From: a bacterium
GTDB taxonomy: Bacteria > UBP15 > UBA6099 > JAJRTR01
Reading direction: 5' to 3'
Assembly (NCBI GenBank): GCA_024278215.1
Contig: JAJRTR010000194.1
Coordinates: 1-36,411 of the forward strand
DNA: 36,411 nucleotides
Shown: positions 1 through 9,207 of the stretch, piece after piece
Layout: each line of letters starts with the position of its first letter
Position numbering within the stretch: position 1 is the stretch's first letter
The notes under the pieces: model-generated
The model's database searches: none
What the model was told of the DNA's origin: nothing
The model's input: only the letters and a program-made list of their open reading frames with translations
Translations under genes and position numbers: made by a program

Positions 1-168
1 ATTATATTCGATGCGAGGTCGAACGAATTTTTTCATAAGCAAGTCGAAGGTGTAAAGTCCTCACAGACGTAACTCTTATAGCACGTTGAGGACGAGCGTG
101 TGACGCGACAACGCAGCTATTGACAATTGCAGCCGAGCGCAGACGAATCAGAATCTTGCAATTGGCTC
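1..168. repeat. MITE-like palindromic interspersed repeat, copy 1 (left end truncated by the window edge)
   Basis: Co-linear similarity to 11944-12108 (shared GCGAGGTCGAACGAA, ACGTTGAGGA, GCAGCTAT-GACAATTGCAGCCGA, TTGCAATTGGCTC). Internal inverted pair TCCTCA...TGAGGA. Confidence 0.75.
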
Positions 169-213
169 AAAAGATTAACATTTCTTGGATCAGCAAACAG
201 GAATAAAGCAGGC

Positions 214-1026
214 ATGGATTCATATTATTACAGACAGGTAAGATTCGGCCCGGGCAGCATCTCGCCCGCGGTCAGGTACCTCATAATTGCAAATGTCGCG
301 GTTTTCCTCGTGCAGAGTATTCTATGGCGCTTTTTCAACACAGGCGCGTTCGATCTGTACTTTGGCATGCGTCCCGATCTTTTCGTCAAGCATTTTTATC
401 TATGGCAGCCTTTTACCTACATGTTTCTTCACGGCGGCCTCTTTCACATTCTCTTCAACATGCTGTTCCTGTGGATGTTCGGCACAGAAGTCGAGCAACG
501 GATGGGAACACGTGACTTTACGATATTTTATATCTTTTGCGGTGTTGGGGCGGGACTGCTGACATGTGTTTTCTGGAACAACTGGAATGTCACGACAATT
601 GGCGCTTCCGGTGCCATATACGGTGTATTCGTCGCATTCGGTCTCATGTTCCCCAACAGGATGATATTACTTTTTTTCATGATCCCTATCAGGGCGTATT
701 ACCTGATGGCAGGACTTGTCGCGATGCAACTATATGGACTGATATTTTCGCCGGGCGGCAGTGTCTCTTATGTTGCTCACGTCGGCGGCGCGGCGCTCGG
801 CTATCTTTTCCTGCGCTACCAGTCGACTATCACTGCTATGATCGACGATTATATTGATAAACACGAAGAACAGAAGGAATACATCCTCAGACAGGAGAAG
901 GTTAACGAGCAGAAGAAAACAGACGAAATACTCGATAAAATAAACCACGAAGGCATGCACAAACTCACACGGGCCGAAAGAAAATTCCTGAGGGACAGAA
1001 GCAGAAGGAAAAGAAGAAAAATGTAG
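214..1026 (+). CDS. Rhomboid-family intramembrane serine protease with a C-terminal soluble helical tail (DUF6576-like)
   Basis: WQPFTYMFLHGGLFHILFNM, catalytic GASG and AHVGG motifs, several hydrophobic helices, C-terminal DEILDKINHEGMHKLTRAERKFL. ATG at 214 preferred because the upstream extension from 127 lies in the repeat. Confidence 0.92.
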   Translation: MDSYYYRQVRFGPGSISPAVRYLIIANVAVFLVQSILWRFFNTGAFDLYFGMRPDLFVKHFYLWQPFTYMFLHGGLFHILFNMLFLWMFGTEVEQRMGTRDFTIFYIFCGVGAGLLTCVFWNNWNVTTIGASGAIYGVFVAFGLMFPNRMILLFFMIPIRAYYLMAGLVAMQLYGLIFSPGGSVSYVAHVGGAALGYLFLRYQSTITAMIDDYIDKHEEQKEYILRQEKVNEQKKTDEILDKINHEGMHKLTRAERKFLRDRSRRKRRKM

Positions 1027-1100
1027 CCCGCGTATTTCACAAATGCAGATAAAAAACGGAAGAAAGCCCATAATACAAGGCCCGGAAAGTGAAATTTATG

Positions 1101-1113
1101 GAGCCAATTGCAA
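1101..1113. repeat. Orphan terminal motif of the MITE-like repeat (GAGCCAATTGCAA)
   Basis: Exact reverse complement of the 13-nt ends at 156-168 and 12096-12108; no element body follows. Confidence 0.5.
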
Positions 1114-1136
1114 TAACTTTGTTTTGATAAATGCTG

Positions 1137-2660
1137 TTATTCAGAGGTCCAGGTCGGTTCCTCGACAAGTTTTTTCTTCTGTATTTTTCCGGTCGGGGTC
1201 TTAGGCATCTCTTTTATGAACGCCACAGATTTCGGACATTTATACTTCGCCATTTTTTCAAGGCAGAAGTTCAGAATCTCTTCTTCCGTTGCAGACTTTC
1301 CTTCTTTAAGCACTATATAAGCTTTAACTTCCTCGCCGTAGAAATCGTCGGGTACGCCAACAACCGCCGCCTCGGCAACTGCATCAATCTGATAGATAAA
1401 CTCTTCTATTTCCTTTGGATAGATGTTTTCACCGCCGCGTATGATCATCTCCTTGATCCGCCCGGAGATAAAGAAATAGCCGTCATCATCGACATAGCCC
1501 ATGTCGCCTGTATGCAGCCAGCCGTCTCTGATCGCTGCTTCGGTGGCCTCGGGATTGTTGTAGTAGCCTTTCATGACGTTCGGGCCTTTTATTACAATTT
1601 CGCCGCGTTCGCCGTTCGGCAACTCATTACCGTCATGATCCACTATCTTCATCTGCTGTCCCGGGAAAGGTAGTCCGATGCTGCCGACTTTTCGGGTACC
1701 ATCCAGCGGATTGACCGAACTGGCGCAGGTTCCTTCGCTCAGGCCGTATCCCTCGAGTATGCTTGCGTTGAATGCTTTCTCGAAATTGTTGAACACTTCG
1801 ACAGGCATCGGAGCCGCCCCGCAGACACAGAAGCGCAGACTGCTAAGATCATAGCCTTCAGTACCGGGCGTATTCAGCAGCATGGCATATATCGTCGGCA
1901 CGGCGCTGAACGCGGTTGGTTTGTATTTATCGACCGTCTCGAAAAATCTCGATGCGCTGAACCTGTTGACGAGCACCATGGCGGCGCCGACAACAAGCGG
2001 TCCCAGCACTGTCACAACCTGGCCGTTCACATGGAACAGAGGCAGGATGCACATGAAGCGATCATCTTCCGTCATCTTCGTCTGCCGTCCCATCATTGTC
2101 GCGTCCCATATATAATTCTTGTGGGTCAGCACCGCACCTTTCGGCTTGCCCGTCGTACCCGAAGTGTAGATAATCGCTGCTGTGTCGTCTTCAGACACAT
2201 CGACATCCGGTTTTTCCATCTGTGAATATGCGATCAATTTATCAAATGAATGCTCATTACCTTCTTCTTCTCCTCCGACCACTATTATCTGCTCGAGCTT
2301 TCCGAGTCTGTCACGAATCTTGCGTACATTCGGCACGAGCCTGGATTCGACAACAATTATTTTCGCTTCGGAATTGTTAATAATGTATTCGAGTTCATCG
2401 CTTCTAAGTGCCGGGTTTATCGGGCACGTTACAATGCCGGCCCGCGAGTTGCCGAAAAACACATAAATAAACTCTGGAATATTCGTCATCAGCAGGCAAA
2501 CATTATCACCTTTATTCAGTCCGAGGTTCAGTAACTCATTCGCAACACGGCTGGCAATTTCGTCCATCTCCTTGTATGTTTTACTTATGCCTTCATAATA
2601 CATGAATACTTTATCTGGATTCTCTAATGCTTTTTCGGACAGAACTTTGCCTATTGTCAT
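1137..2660 (-). CDS. Long-chain-fatty-acid--CoA ligase (class I adenylate-forming enzyme, FadD/LcfB-like)
   Basis: AMP-binding YTSGTTGKPKG, EGYGLSE, WLHTGD, GRIKEMIIRGGENIYP, and A10 PKTPTGKIQK. GAGGTGAG RBS upstream. Confidence 0.93.
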   Translation of the reverse strand: MTIGKVLSEKALENPDKVFMYYEGISKTYKEMDEIASRVANELLNLGLNKGDNVCLLMTNIPEFIYVFFGNSRAGIVTCPINPALRSDELEYIINNSEAKIIVVESRLVPNVRKIRDRLGKLEQIIVVGGEEEGNEHSFDKLIAYSQMEKPDVDVSEDDTAAIIYTSGTTGKPKGAVLTHKNYIWDATMMGRQTKMTEDDRFMCILPLFHVNGQVVTVLGPLVVGAAMVLVNRFSASRFFETVDKYKPTAFSAVPTIYAMLLNTPGTEGYDLSSLRFCVCGAAPMPVEVFNNFEKAFNASILEGYGLSEGTCASSVNPLDGTRKVGSIGLPFPGQQMKIVDHDGNELPNGERGEIVIKGPNVMKGYYNNPEATEAAIRDGWLHTGDMGYVDDDGYFFISGRIKEMIIRGGENIYPKEIEEFIYQIDAVAEAAVVGVPDDFYGEEVKAYIVLKEGKSATEEEILNFCLEKMAKYKCPKSVAFIKEMPKTPTGKIQKKKLVEEPTWTSE

Positions 2661-2859
2661 AACTCACCTCTTCATGTAGTGGATATTCCTGCATTAATAT
2701 ATCATACAGACTGTCGGTGGGAAAAGAGAAAAACACAAAATACGATAAAAAGCATATCTGGACATTTAATGATTGTCCGGAAGTTGATCAAATCATTTGT
2801 CATTTCAACATTGTCTGAACTAAAATATCTTTATACATTCACGTTCAGTTCAGAATGAC

Positions 2860-4059
2860 ATGGCGCAACAGAATACTGGTAAATCAGAATATGCGGAATC
2901 TTCAAAAGTGATAAGACTTAAATATTTAACACTGATTTTTTCTTTCCTTATTATCAGTTTCACCGTACACACGCGCGCTGCCGAGAGACCGAATTGCGAA
3001 AGTGAAGCAAAGTTCACACTGAACTACGAACACAACTCCAACCTCTATATGACTTCGTCCGACCCGGAGATTGATTCCGCCTACAAGTACAATTTTAAGT
3101 TTGATCATGACTGCACGATGACATCCGGCGCGACAATAAAGTTTGATGTCGAACGCGAGGAAAAGGACTTTTTCCGGAATACTGAAGAAAATTTTGAAAA
3201 TTTCGATCTTGGTGTCGAGTACACTCATCCGTGGCGCGATGAAAGCTGGTTCAGGCTTTCTTTCGACAGGGAGGTCGACGAAACCAGTGATGCGGCCTAT
3301 GTGGAAATGGAGGGAGACACAAACGAATACGAAGCTCGAATGGGTATGACATTCAGTCCGAAAACATCAGGTGAAATCTATTTCGGTCGTAAGCACAGCA
3401 GCTACGAGATTTATAATTCCTCCGATGCCGACGAAGATAATTTCGGCGCGAAATATACTTATGATCTGGGTGGCTTCTCGTATGTTGAAGTTGCTTTTGA
3501 GAAAACGAATACCGACTATCCCAATTCCCATCTATACGACACGGAAACTTTTCTCGAAACCTCTGAATACAGGACTGATGAAAAAAGCACTTTTTCAGTC
3601 ACTGTCGCGAAAACCATCAGCCTCTACCCTCTTAAATATCTTTACATAACAGCAGAAAGTTCCGACAACGATTCCACAAGTAACACATATTACGTATGGT
3701 ATGATCCTTTAACCTATGACGAACTGTATTTTTTTCGCAAAGGCTACGACAACTACTCGAATTTCAACTGGTCCATCTACTACATACAAGATATGTCGGA
3801 CAGGACATCGCTGTCTTTATATTATCTGAATGATCGCACAGATTACGATAATTTCCTGATTACCTATGACGATTTTTTTATCATGCCCAGTGTGCCTGTT
3901 ACGATATCTATGGACATCTACTACGCCGCTTTGAGCTACAAACTTCGCGAAAACACGACTCTCGAACTCTCCGGTACACGCACAAAAAACAGCTCGAACT
4001 ACTCGCTCATGTCATATAAGCAGAATCTGTATGACCTGAGCATTTCGTATGAATTCTGA
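2860..4059 (+). CDS. Putative outer-membrane beta-barrel protein (start may be GTG at 2908)
   Basis: Signal-peptide-like KYLTLIFSFLIISFTVHTRA, Tyr/Asp-rich amphipathic beta-strand pattern, C-terminal YDLSISYEF ending in Phe (BamA beta-signal-like). Confidence 0.7.
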   Translation: MAQQNTGKSEYAESSKVIRLKYLTLIFSFLIISFTVHTRAAERPNCESEAKFTLNYEHNSNLYMTSSDPEIDSAYKYNFKFDHDCTMTSGATIKFDVEREEKDFFRNTEENFENFDLGVEYTHPWRDESWFRLSFDREVDETSDAAYVEMEGDTNEYEARMGMTFSPKTSGEIYFGRKHSSYEIYNSSDADEDNFGAKYTYDLGGFSYVEVAFEKTNTDYPNSHLYDTETFLETSEYRTDEKSTFSVTVAKTISLYPLKYLYITAESSDNDSTSNTYYVWYDPLTYDELYFFRKGYDNYSNFNWSIYYIQDMSDRTSLSLYYLNDRTDYDNFLITYDDFFIMPSVPVTISMDIYYAALSYKLRENTTLELSGTRTKNSSNYSLMSYKQNLYDLSISYEF

Positions 4060-4141
4060 TTTAATGCGTTATTCGATGCCGGCGCCCCGTGAATAGTTAC
4101 TGTTGTTTGAAATTATCTCCAAAACAAAGCAGTTGCAAATT

Positions 4142-4804
4142 TCAGATATGTTTAACGTAGCAGATATTATAGAAATCTTTGTCGGTAATATGGCTGAAAA
4201 AGGAATGTGTGACGCGAGTAGTGGAATACCGCTGGAACCCAAGTTTTTCATAGAAAGGCAGCGCCTGTGTATGGAAACTCGATGTGCCGAGATGCACACC
4301 GTGGATTCCTTTGTCGCGCAGGTAATCAAGATAATTATTTATCAGGAGCGCGCCGACACCGAATCTGCGAAAACTTCTGAAAAGATCAATGTGCAGATGT
4401 GCGGGGTAGACATCGAGAGGAGCACTGTTGCTTTCGCCCCTCAGACTCATTTCCAGTGCTCTCATAATGTTTATTCGCACACCCGGCCCGATGTTGTAAT
4501 GCCCACCGATGACTCTCTTCAGGATATTCGGTTTGATCTTCTTACGGGTTATTTCGTCGCATTTCTTCGTATCGACACAGCCGAGCAGATAGCCTGCCGC
4601 CTCGCCGTCTACAAGCGGAATGAAAGCGGACTCCGGCTCATAATCGGTGTAATATACAGTCAGGAAATCTGCGAAAAGCGCACGGTCCTCGAAGTATATT
4701 TCCGCACTGCCGCCTCCGTAGCCTGTTTCATATACGCAATTTCGCACAATAGCCCTGTACTCATCACTGTAGGGTATAATCTCTATCTTTTTTCTCGCAG
4801 TCAT
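4142..4804 (-). CDS. GNAT-family N-acetyltransferase
   Basis: AAGYLLG, YPAHLHIDL, acetyl-CoA loop RRFGVGALLI, GVHLG, ALPFYEKLGF. GGAG RBS upstream. Confidence 0.88.
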   Translation of the reverse strand: MTARKKIEIIPYSDEYRAIVRNCVYETGYGGGSAEIYFEDRALFADFLTVYYTDYEPESAFIPLVDGEAAGYLLGCVDTKKCDEITRKKIKPNILKRVIGGHYNIGPGVRINIMRALEMSLRGESNSAPLDVYPAHLHIDLFRSFRRFGVGALLINNYLDYLRDKGIHGVHLGTSSFHTQALPFYEKLGFQRYSTTRVTHSFFSHITDKDFYNICYVKHI

Positions 4805-4937
4805 AACTTCATTTCTCCGGTTCTACAAATAACTCCCTGGAGCCGCTTGCACTTTCGGAGCGGGGCAGAGTTGATGTGTTTTTGCGACAACTGTTTGTGC
4901 GGACACCGGTTGAGACGAGGTGCCGGTGACAGATAAA

Positions 4938-6896
4938 CCAGAGTTTTCAATTTCACTGTAGCGATGGTGAAATATCCCCGTAATTGAATGGATCAATAGA
5001 GGGGTTTGTGTAAGTAAATTTGCTTTTGCATTTTGTCGAGTTCGAAGAGTTTCCATAGATTATCCTGTACTGTGCTGCGATGTGTGATTTCTCTGGCGGC
5101 GTTGTCGGGGCCGCAGATCATTACTACTTCTTTGAGATCAGCAAGTTCCTGTTTCAGAACCGGGGCGCTCATCTGGAGACCGGCCCGCTCGCATTTCATG
5201 AGCATGACGCGCAGTAGAACGAGGGACATGACGCAGCAGAATCCGAATGCGCGAATTTTTGTGTCGGTCCAGTGGCGGATGGACCGGAAGCGGATAAGTT
5301 CGGGATTTTCGAGAAGCTTTAAGTCCTGTTCTATTTTGTCTTTCTGCCGGTACTGCCCGATGCCTCATCCTTCATCTGCCGTGGTTCTGTTGGTGAACAG
5401 CAGGTTTTTCCCGAATCGTTTTTTATTCTCTGCCCATGCTTCGTGATTTTCCTCGAAGACTGATTTCCCATTCTTAATCTCTGTGACGCGCAGGTATTTG
5501 CCGTAGCAACTGCTTTCAAGGATGCTCAGGACGCCGCGCGGAACTCTTTTGGGGACGCGCTTGTAGCCGTCGATTTTTTCACGCACTGCCAGTTTGAGTT
5601 TTTCCACGGATGTGTTAAGTGTGCGCTCCTGCCGGCGCGCAGGGCCGGGTTGCATGTCATTACCAGCAGGCATTTTATGCCTGACACTTTGCAGCAAAGG
5701 CTGAGGTGGCGTGTTTCTTTCCAGCAACCGGGATATTGCTCATGGTCGATGTCCAGCAGGTCGGGATAATGAGACGGCGCGAGGGAGCCGATCCAGTCTA
5801 TGCGATCTTGCATTGCTTTGAAATTGTCGCGGCTGTTGTTGCCTTTGTCGAGGATGAGGACGAGATCGGCGATTCTGGGGAAACTGTTGTTTATCTGATC
5901 GATGAGTTCATCGACAAGGTGAGAAAACGTGGGGGAATCATGACTGTTTCCCCGGTAGATACGGTGAAAAAAGGGGATGCCCCATTGCTTGTCGGCGCAG
6001 AGTGCGAGGCCCACCTGGCGGAGATGATGCCGACTGTCCTTGCTGTGACCAGTAGCCGCGAGCGCCGAAGGAGTCGCCGCCTCGATGTAAGTGAAGAAGT
6101 AGGTTGTGTCGTAGAGCACGGCTTCGGGCTCTATATCGAAACGCTCGACAAGGATTTGCCCAAGCTCGTCTTCCATATCGCGCAAGACGGCATCGTCCAG
6201 CCCCGCGAGCAATTCCCCGGACGCCTTTTTGTCCTTTTCTCTGCGCCGCCGAAGTTCCTTCCCGCAGATGACATCGTCAATAGCATACCAGAAGGATTTT
6301 CTGTTAAGCTTCTTTGGAGAAAAACCTATCAGGTCCGCCAGCACAGTCTTTGCAGACCAATCGCCCATTTGCTCCTTGCTGGTGGCCTGAGCGGGTCTGT
6401 TGATGATGGAAAGCATAAAATAGTTCCAACGCTCGATGCCGAACCGTTTCCCGGGGATATGCTTCCTGAGTATTTCGATCAGACCGGTATCCAGAGCAGT
6501 CTGATGCAGCGGCGCAACGAAACCGAAATCGCGATGAGACGCCCCAAGAGGTTCGCGGGACCGGAGAACCCTCTGCCTGATATGTTCTGCTGATCCGAGA
6601 TATTCAGAACGAGTGCGAACCCTGCTTTTGCCGCTGCCGAGTTTCTTGCCGAAGTCAGAAGAATCTATTTTTTCGCGCCAGGTTTTCTGGTAGTAATAAT
6701 AATATTTGCCATTTATAACCTTCTTAACAATATTTCCGGACACGTGAGCCTCAAATTTCAGACATAACCTTATAATAGCATAATTAAATCAATATGCAAA
6801 GTATATTTATTGTATTATACATACACTACACTACAAGACAAAAAAGCAAAATCCATGCGGTTATTCAATTTTGAAAAATGAAACTGAAAAGTCCGG
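4938..6896 (-). mobile_element. IS1634-family insertion sequence (degenerate), ~1.96 kb
   Basis: Imperfect 18-bp terminal inverted repeats CCAGAGTTTTCAATTTCA (4938-4955) and TGAAACTGAAAAGTCCGG (6879-6896), 3 mismatches, enclosing a DDE transposase pseudogene. No clear target duplication. Confidence 0.8.
4993..6743 (-). pseudogene. IS1634-family DDE transposase pseudogene (frameshift at ~5640, in-frame TGA at 5365-5367)
   Basis: KKVINGKYYYY N-terminus, LYDTTYF (D1), GHSKDSRHHLRQV, YRGNSHD, ILDKGNNS (D2), then YRQKDKIEQDLK..RHWTDTKIRAFGFCCVMSL (E) downstream of the stop. A 1-nt loss at CTG|CGCGCC shifts the frame. Confidence 0.9.
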
Positions 6897-7012
6897 TTAT
6901 ATACAAAAATGTCAACTGTACTGGAAAATATATTTCCAGCTCCCCTTGTTGTCCACATGTTTTTTTTGTGTAAAATACACTACCTGTCACATGGGAAAGG
7001 AAAGCCGATTCG

Positions 7013-9172
7013 ATGGAAATAAAACATATAGAAATAATCTCCAATGAGCTTAACGTAGAAATGAAACAGGTGGAGAACACTGCCCGGCTGCTTGAAGGCG
7101 GCGCAACCATCCCTTTCATTTCAAGATACAGGAAAGAGGCAACCGGCTCACTCGACGAGGTACGGATTACGGAAATACGCGACCACCTCGAGAAACTGGC
7201 CGAACTCGACGCGCGCCGCAATGCAATACTGAAATCTTTGACGCAACGCGACATGCTGACGCCTGAACTCGAACATACTGTTGCGACGGCTCCGACACTC
7301 ACCGAACTCGAGGACGTCTACCTGCCCTACCGGCCAAAGCGTCGAACGCGGGCGGCTGTCGCAAAAGAAAAGGGGCTCGAACCTCTGGCCGATATAATTC
7401 TCGTCCAGGAAAATACCGACATAATTTCTGAAGCTGAAAAGTTCATAAATGAAGAAAAGGAGGTCCGCAGTACGGACGACGCGCTCGCGGGCGCCCGCGA
7501 CATCATCGCCGAACGTGTCAACGAAGATCAGTCGGCGCGCGAAAGGATACGACGTCTTTTTCACATAAAATCGCAGATCACTTCGCGTGTCGTGACAGGC
7601 GCCGAAGAAGAGGCCGCGAAGTACCGCGACTATTTCCAGTGGAGCGAACCCGCGTCGAACGCGCCTTCCCACAGGGTGCTCGCAATGTTCAGGGGCGAGA
7701 AGGAAGCGCTGCTCATCGTACATGTCGCACCGCCGGAGGAGGAGGCGCTAGACATACTCGAATCTATGTTCATAAAATCCGGCAACCCGGCAGGCGAACA
7801 GGTCGCGGCTGCCGTAAGGGACGGATATAAAAGACTGCTCGCGCCTTCGCTGGAAACTGAATTCCGCAAAGAGCTTAAGCAGAAAGCGGACGCGAAAGCA
7901 ATCAGTGTTTTCGCAGACAACCTGCGCGAACTGCTGCTGATGCCGCCGCTGGGTGAAAAGCGAGTACTGGCTATCGACCCCGGCTTCCGCACAGGCTGCA
8001 AAGTTGTTTGCCTCGACTCGCAGGGGAAGCTCCTCCACAACGACATTATATTCCCGACTCAATCGCAGAGAATGAAACAGGAAGCGGACACCAAACTTCG
8101 CAAACTTATAGAAGAATACGACATCGAAGCAATAGCCGTCGGCAACGGCACGGCAGGACGCGAAACTGAAGAATTCATTCGTAAAATGGGCCTCCCCGGC
8201 TCGATCCCCATCGTAATGGTTAATGAGAGCGGCGCGTCGATCTACTCGGCATCGGAAGCAGCACGCGAAGAATTCCCCGATCACGACCTCACCGTTCGAG
8301 GCGCTGTATCGATAGGCCGCCGTATGATGGACCCGCTTGCGGAACTCGTCAAGATCGACCCGAAATCAATCGGCGTCGGGCAGTACCAGCACGACGTGGA
8401 TCAGAAAGCCCTCAAACGCAGCCTCGACGATGTTGTCATGAGCGCAGTGAACGCAGTAGGTGTCGAGGTCAACACAGCGAGCGTACAACTACTGTCCTAT
8501 GTATCCGGGCTCGGCCCGCAACTTGCAGGAAACATCGTGGCTTTCCGCGACGAAAACGGCGCGTTCGACAGCCGCGCCTCACTCAAGAAAGTGCCGCGCC
8601 TCGGCCCGAAAGCATTCGAGCAGGCGGCAGGTTTCCTGCGCATCAGGGGCGCGGCCAACCCGCTCGATTCAAGTGCTGTCCACCCCGAAAGCTACCACAT
8701 TGTGAAAGCTATGGCGAAAGACAACCGTTGCACTGTCGCCGATCTTATGAAGGATGAAATCCTGCGAAAGAAAATCGACCTGCGGAAATATATTGATGAA
8801 AAAGCAGGACTTCCCACGCTCGAAGATATCGTGCGGGAACTGTCGAAACCGGGACGCGACCCGCGCAGCAGGTTCGAAGCCTTCAGCTTTGCCGAAGGTG
8901 TGAGCGAAATGAAAGACCTCACGCCCGGAATGAAGCTGCCGGGCATCGTCACGAATGTAACAGCGTTCGGCGCGTTCGTCGATGTGGGAGTCCACCAGGA
9001 CGGACTCGTTCACATAAGCCAACTTGCAGACCGCTTCGTAAGGAACGCGTCTGATATTGTAAAAGTGGGAATGAAAGTGGAAGTCACAGTAGTCGATGTA
9101 GACATATCGCGCAAGCGAATAGCGCTTTCGATGAAAAAGAATCCGGAGATCGGGCCTCACAGGAAGAAATAG
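7013..9172 (+). CDS. tex: Tex-family RNA-binding transcriptional accessory protein (YqgF-like, HhH and S1 domains)
   Basis: GATIPFISRYRKEATGSLDE, LEDVYLPYRPKRRTRA, IDPGFRTGCK, VNESGASIYSAS, GVGQYQHDV, and S1 domain VTNVTAFGAFVDVGVHQDGLVHISQL. Confidence 0.97.
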   Translation: MEIKHIEIISNELNVEMKQVENTARLLEGGATIPFISRYRKEATGSLDEVRITEIRDHLEKLAELDARRNAILKSLTQRDMLTPELEHTVATAPTLTELEDVYLPYRPKRRTRAAVAKEKGLEPLADIILVQENTDIISEAEKFINEEKEVRSTDDALAGARDIIAERVNEDQSARERIRRLFHIKSQITSRVVTGAEEEAAKYRDYFQWSEPASNAPSHRVLAMFRGEKEALLIVHVAPPEEEALDILESMFIKSGNPAGEQVAAAVRDGYKRLLAPSLETEFRKELKQKADAKAISVFADNLRELLLMPPLGEKRVLAIDPGFRTGCKVVCLDSQGKLLHNDIIFPTQSQRMKQEADTKLRKLIEEYDIEAIAVGNGTAGRETEEFIRKMGLPGSIPIVMVNESGASIYSASEAAREEFPDHDLTVRGAVSIGRRMMDPLAELVKIDPKSIGVGQYQHDVDQKALKRSLDDVVMSAVNAVGVEVNTASVQLLSYVSGLGPQLAGNIVAFRDENGAFDSRASLKKVPRLGPKAFEQAAGFLRIRGAANPLDSSAVHPESYHIVKAMAKDNRCTVADLMKDEILRKKIDLRKYIDEKAGLPTLEDIVRELSKPGRDPRSRFEAFSFAEGVSEMKDLTPGMKLPGIVTNVTAFGAFVDVGVHQDGLVHISQLADRFVRNASDIVKVGMKVEVTVVDVDISRKRIALSMKKNPEIGPHRKK

Positions 9173-9207
9173 GAAAGCAGTTTCAATATCATAAAATGAT
9201 GTTCTGC

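Noticed and set aside
127-213. N-terminal extension of the rhomboid ORF, and the 60-aa ORF at 11931-12113
   Set aside because: Both derive from the palindromic repeat and are probably not translated.
2757-2860. Short inverted repeats and an ECF-sigma-like GAACT motif upstream of the barrel gene
   Set aside because: Too short and degenerate in AT-rich DNA to support a call.
4103-4936. 277-aa plus-strand ORF
   Set aside because: Antisense to the GNAT gene, which has clear family motifs.
5365-5367. In-frame TGA as selenocysteine or stop-codon reassignment
   Set aside because: It lies in a transposase that also carries a frameshift, and TGA terminates intact genes here (4057-4059, 13937-13939, 15648-15650). 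Simple decay explains it.
5706-6593. 295-aa plus-strand ORF
   Set aside because: Antisense shadow of the transposase.
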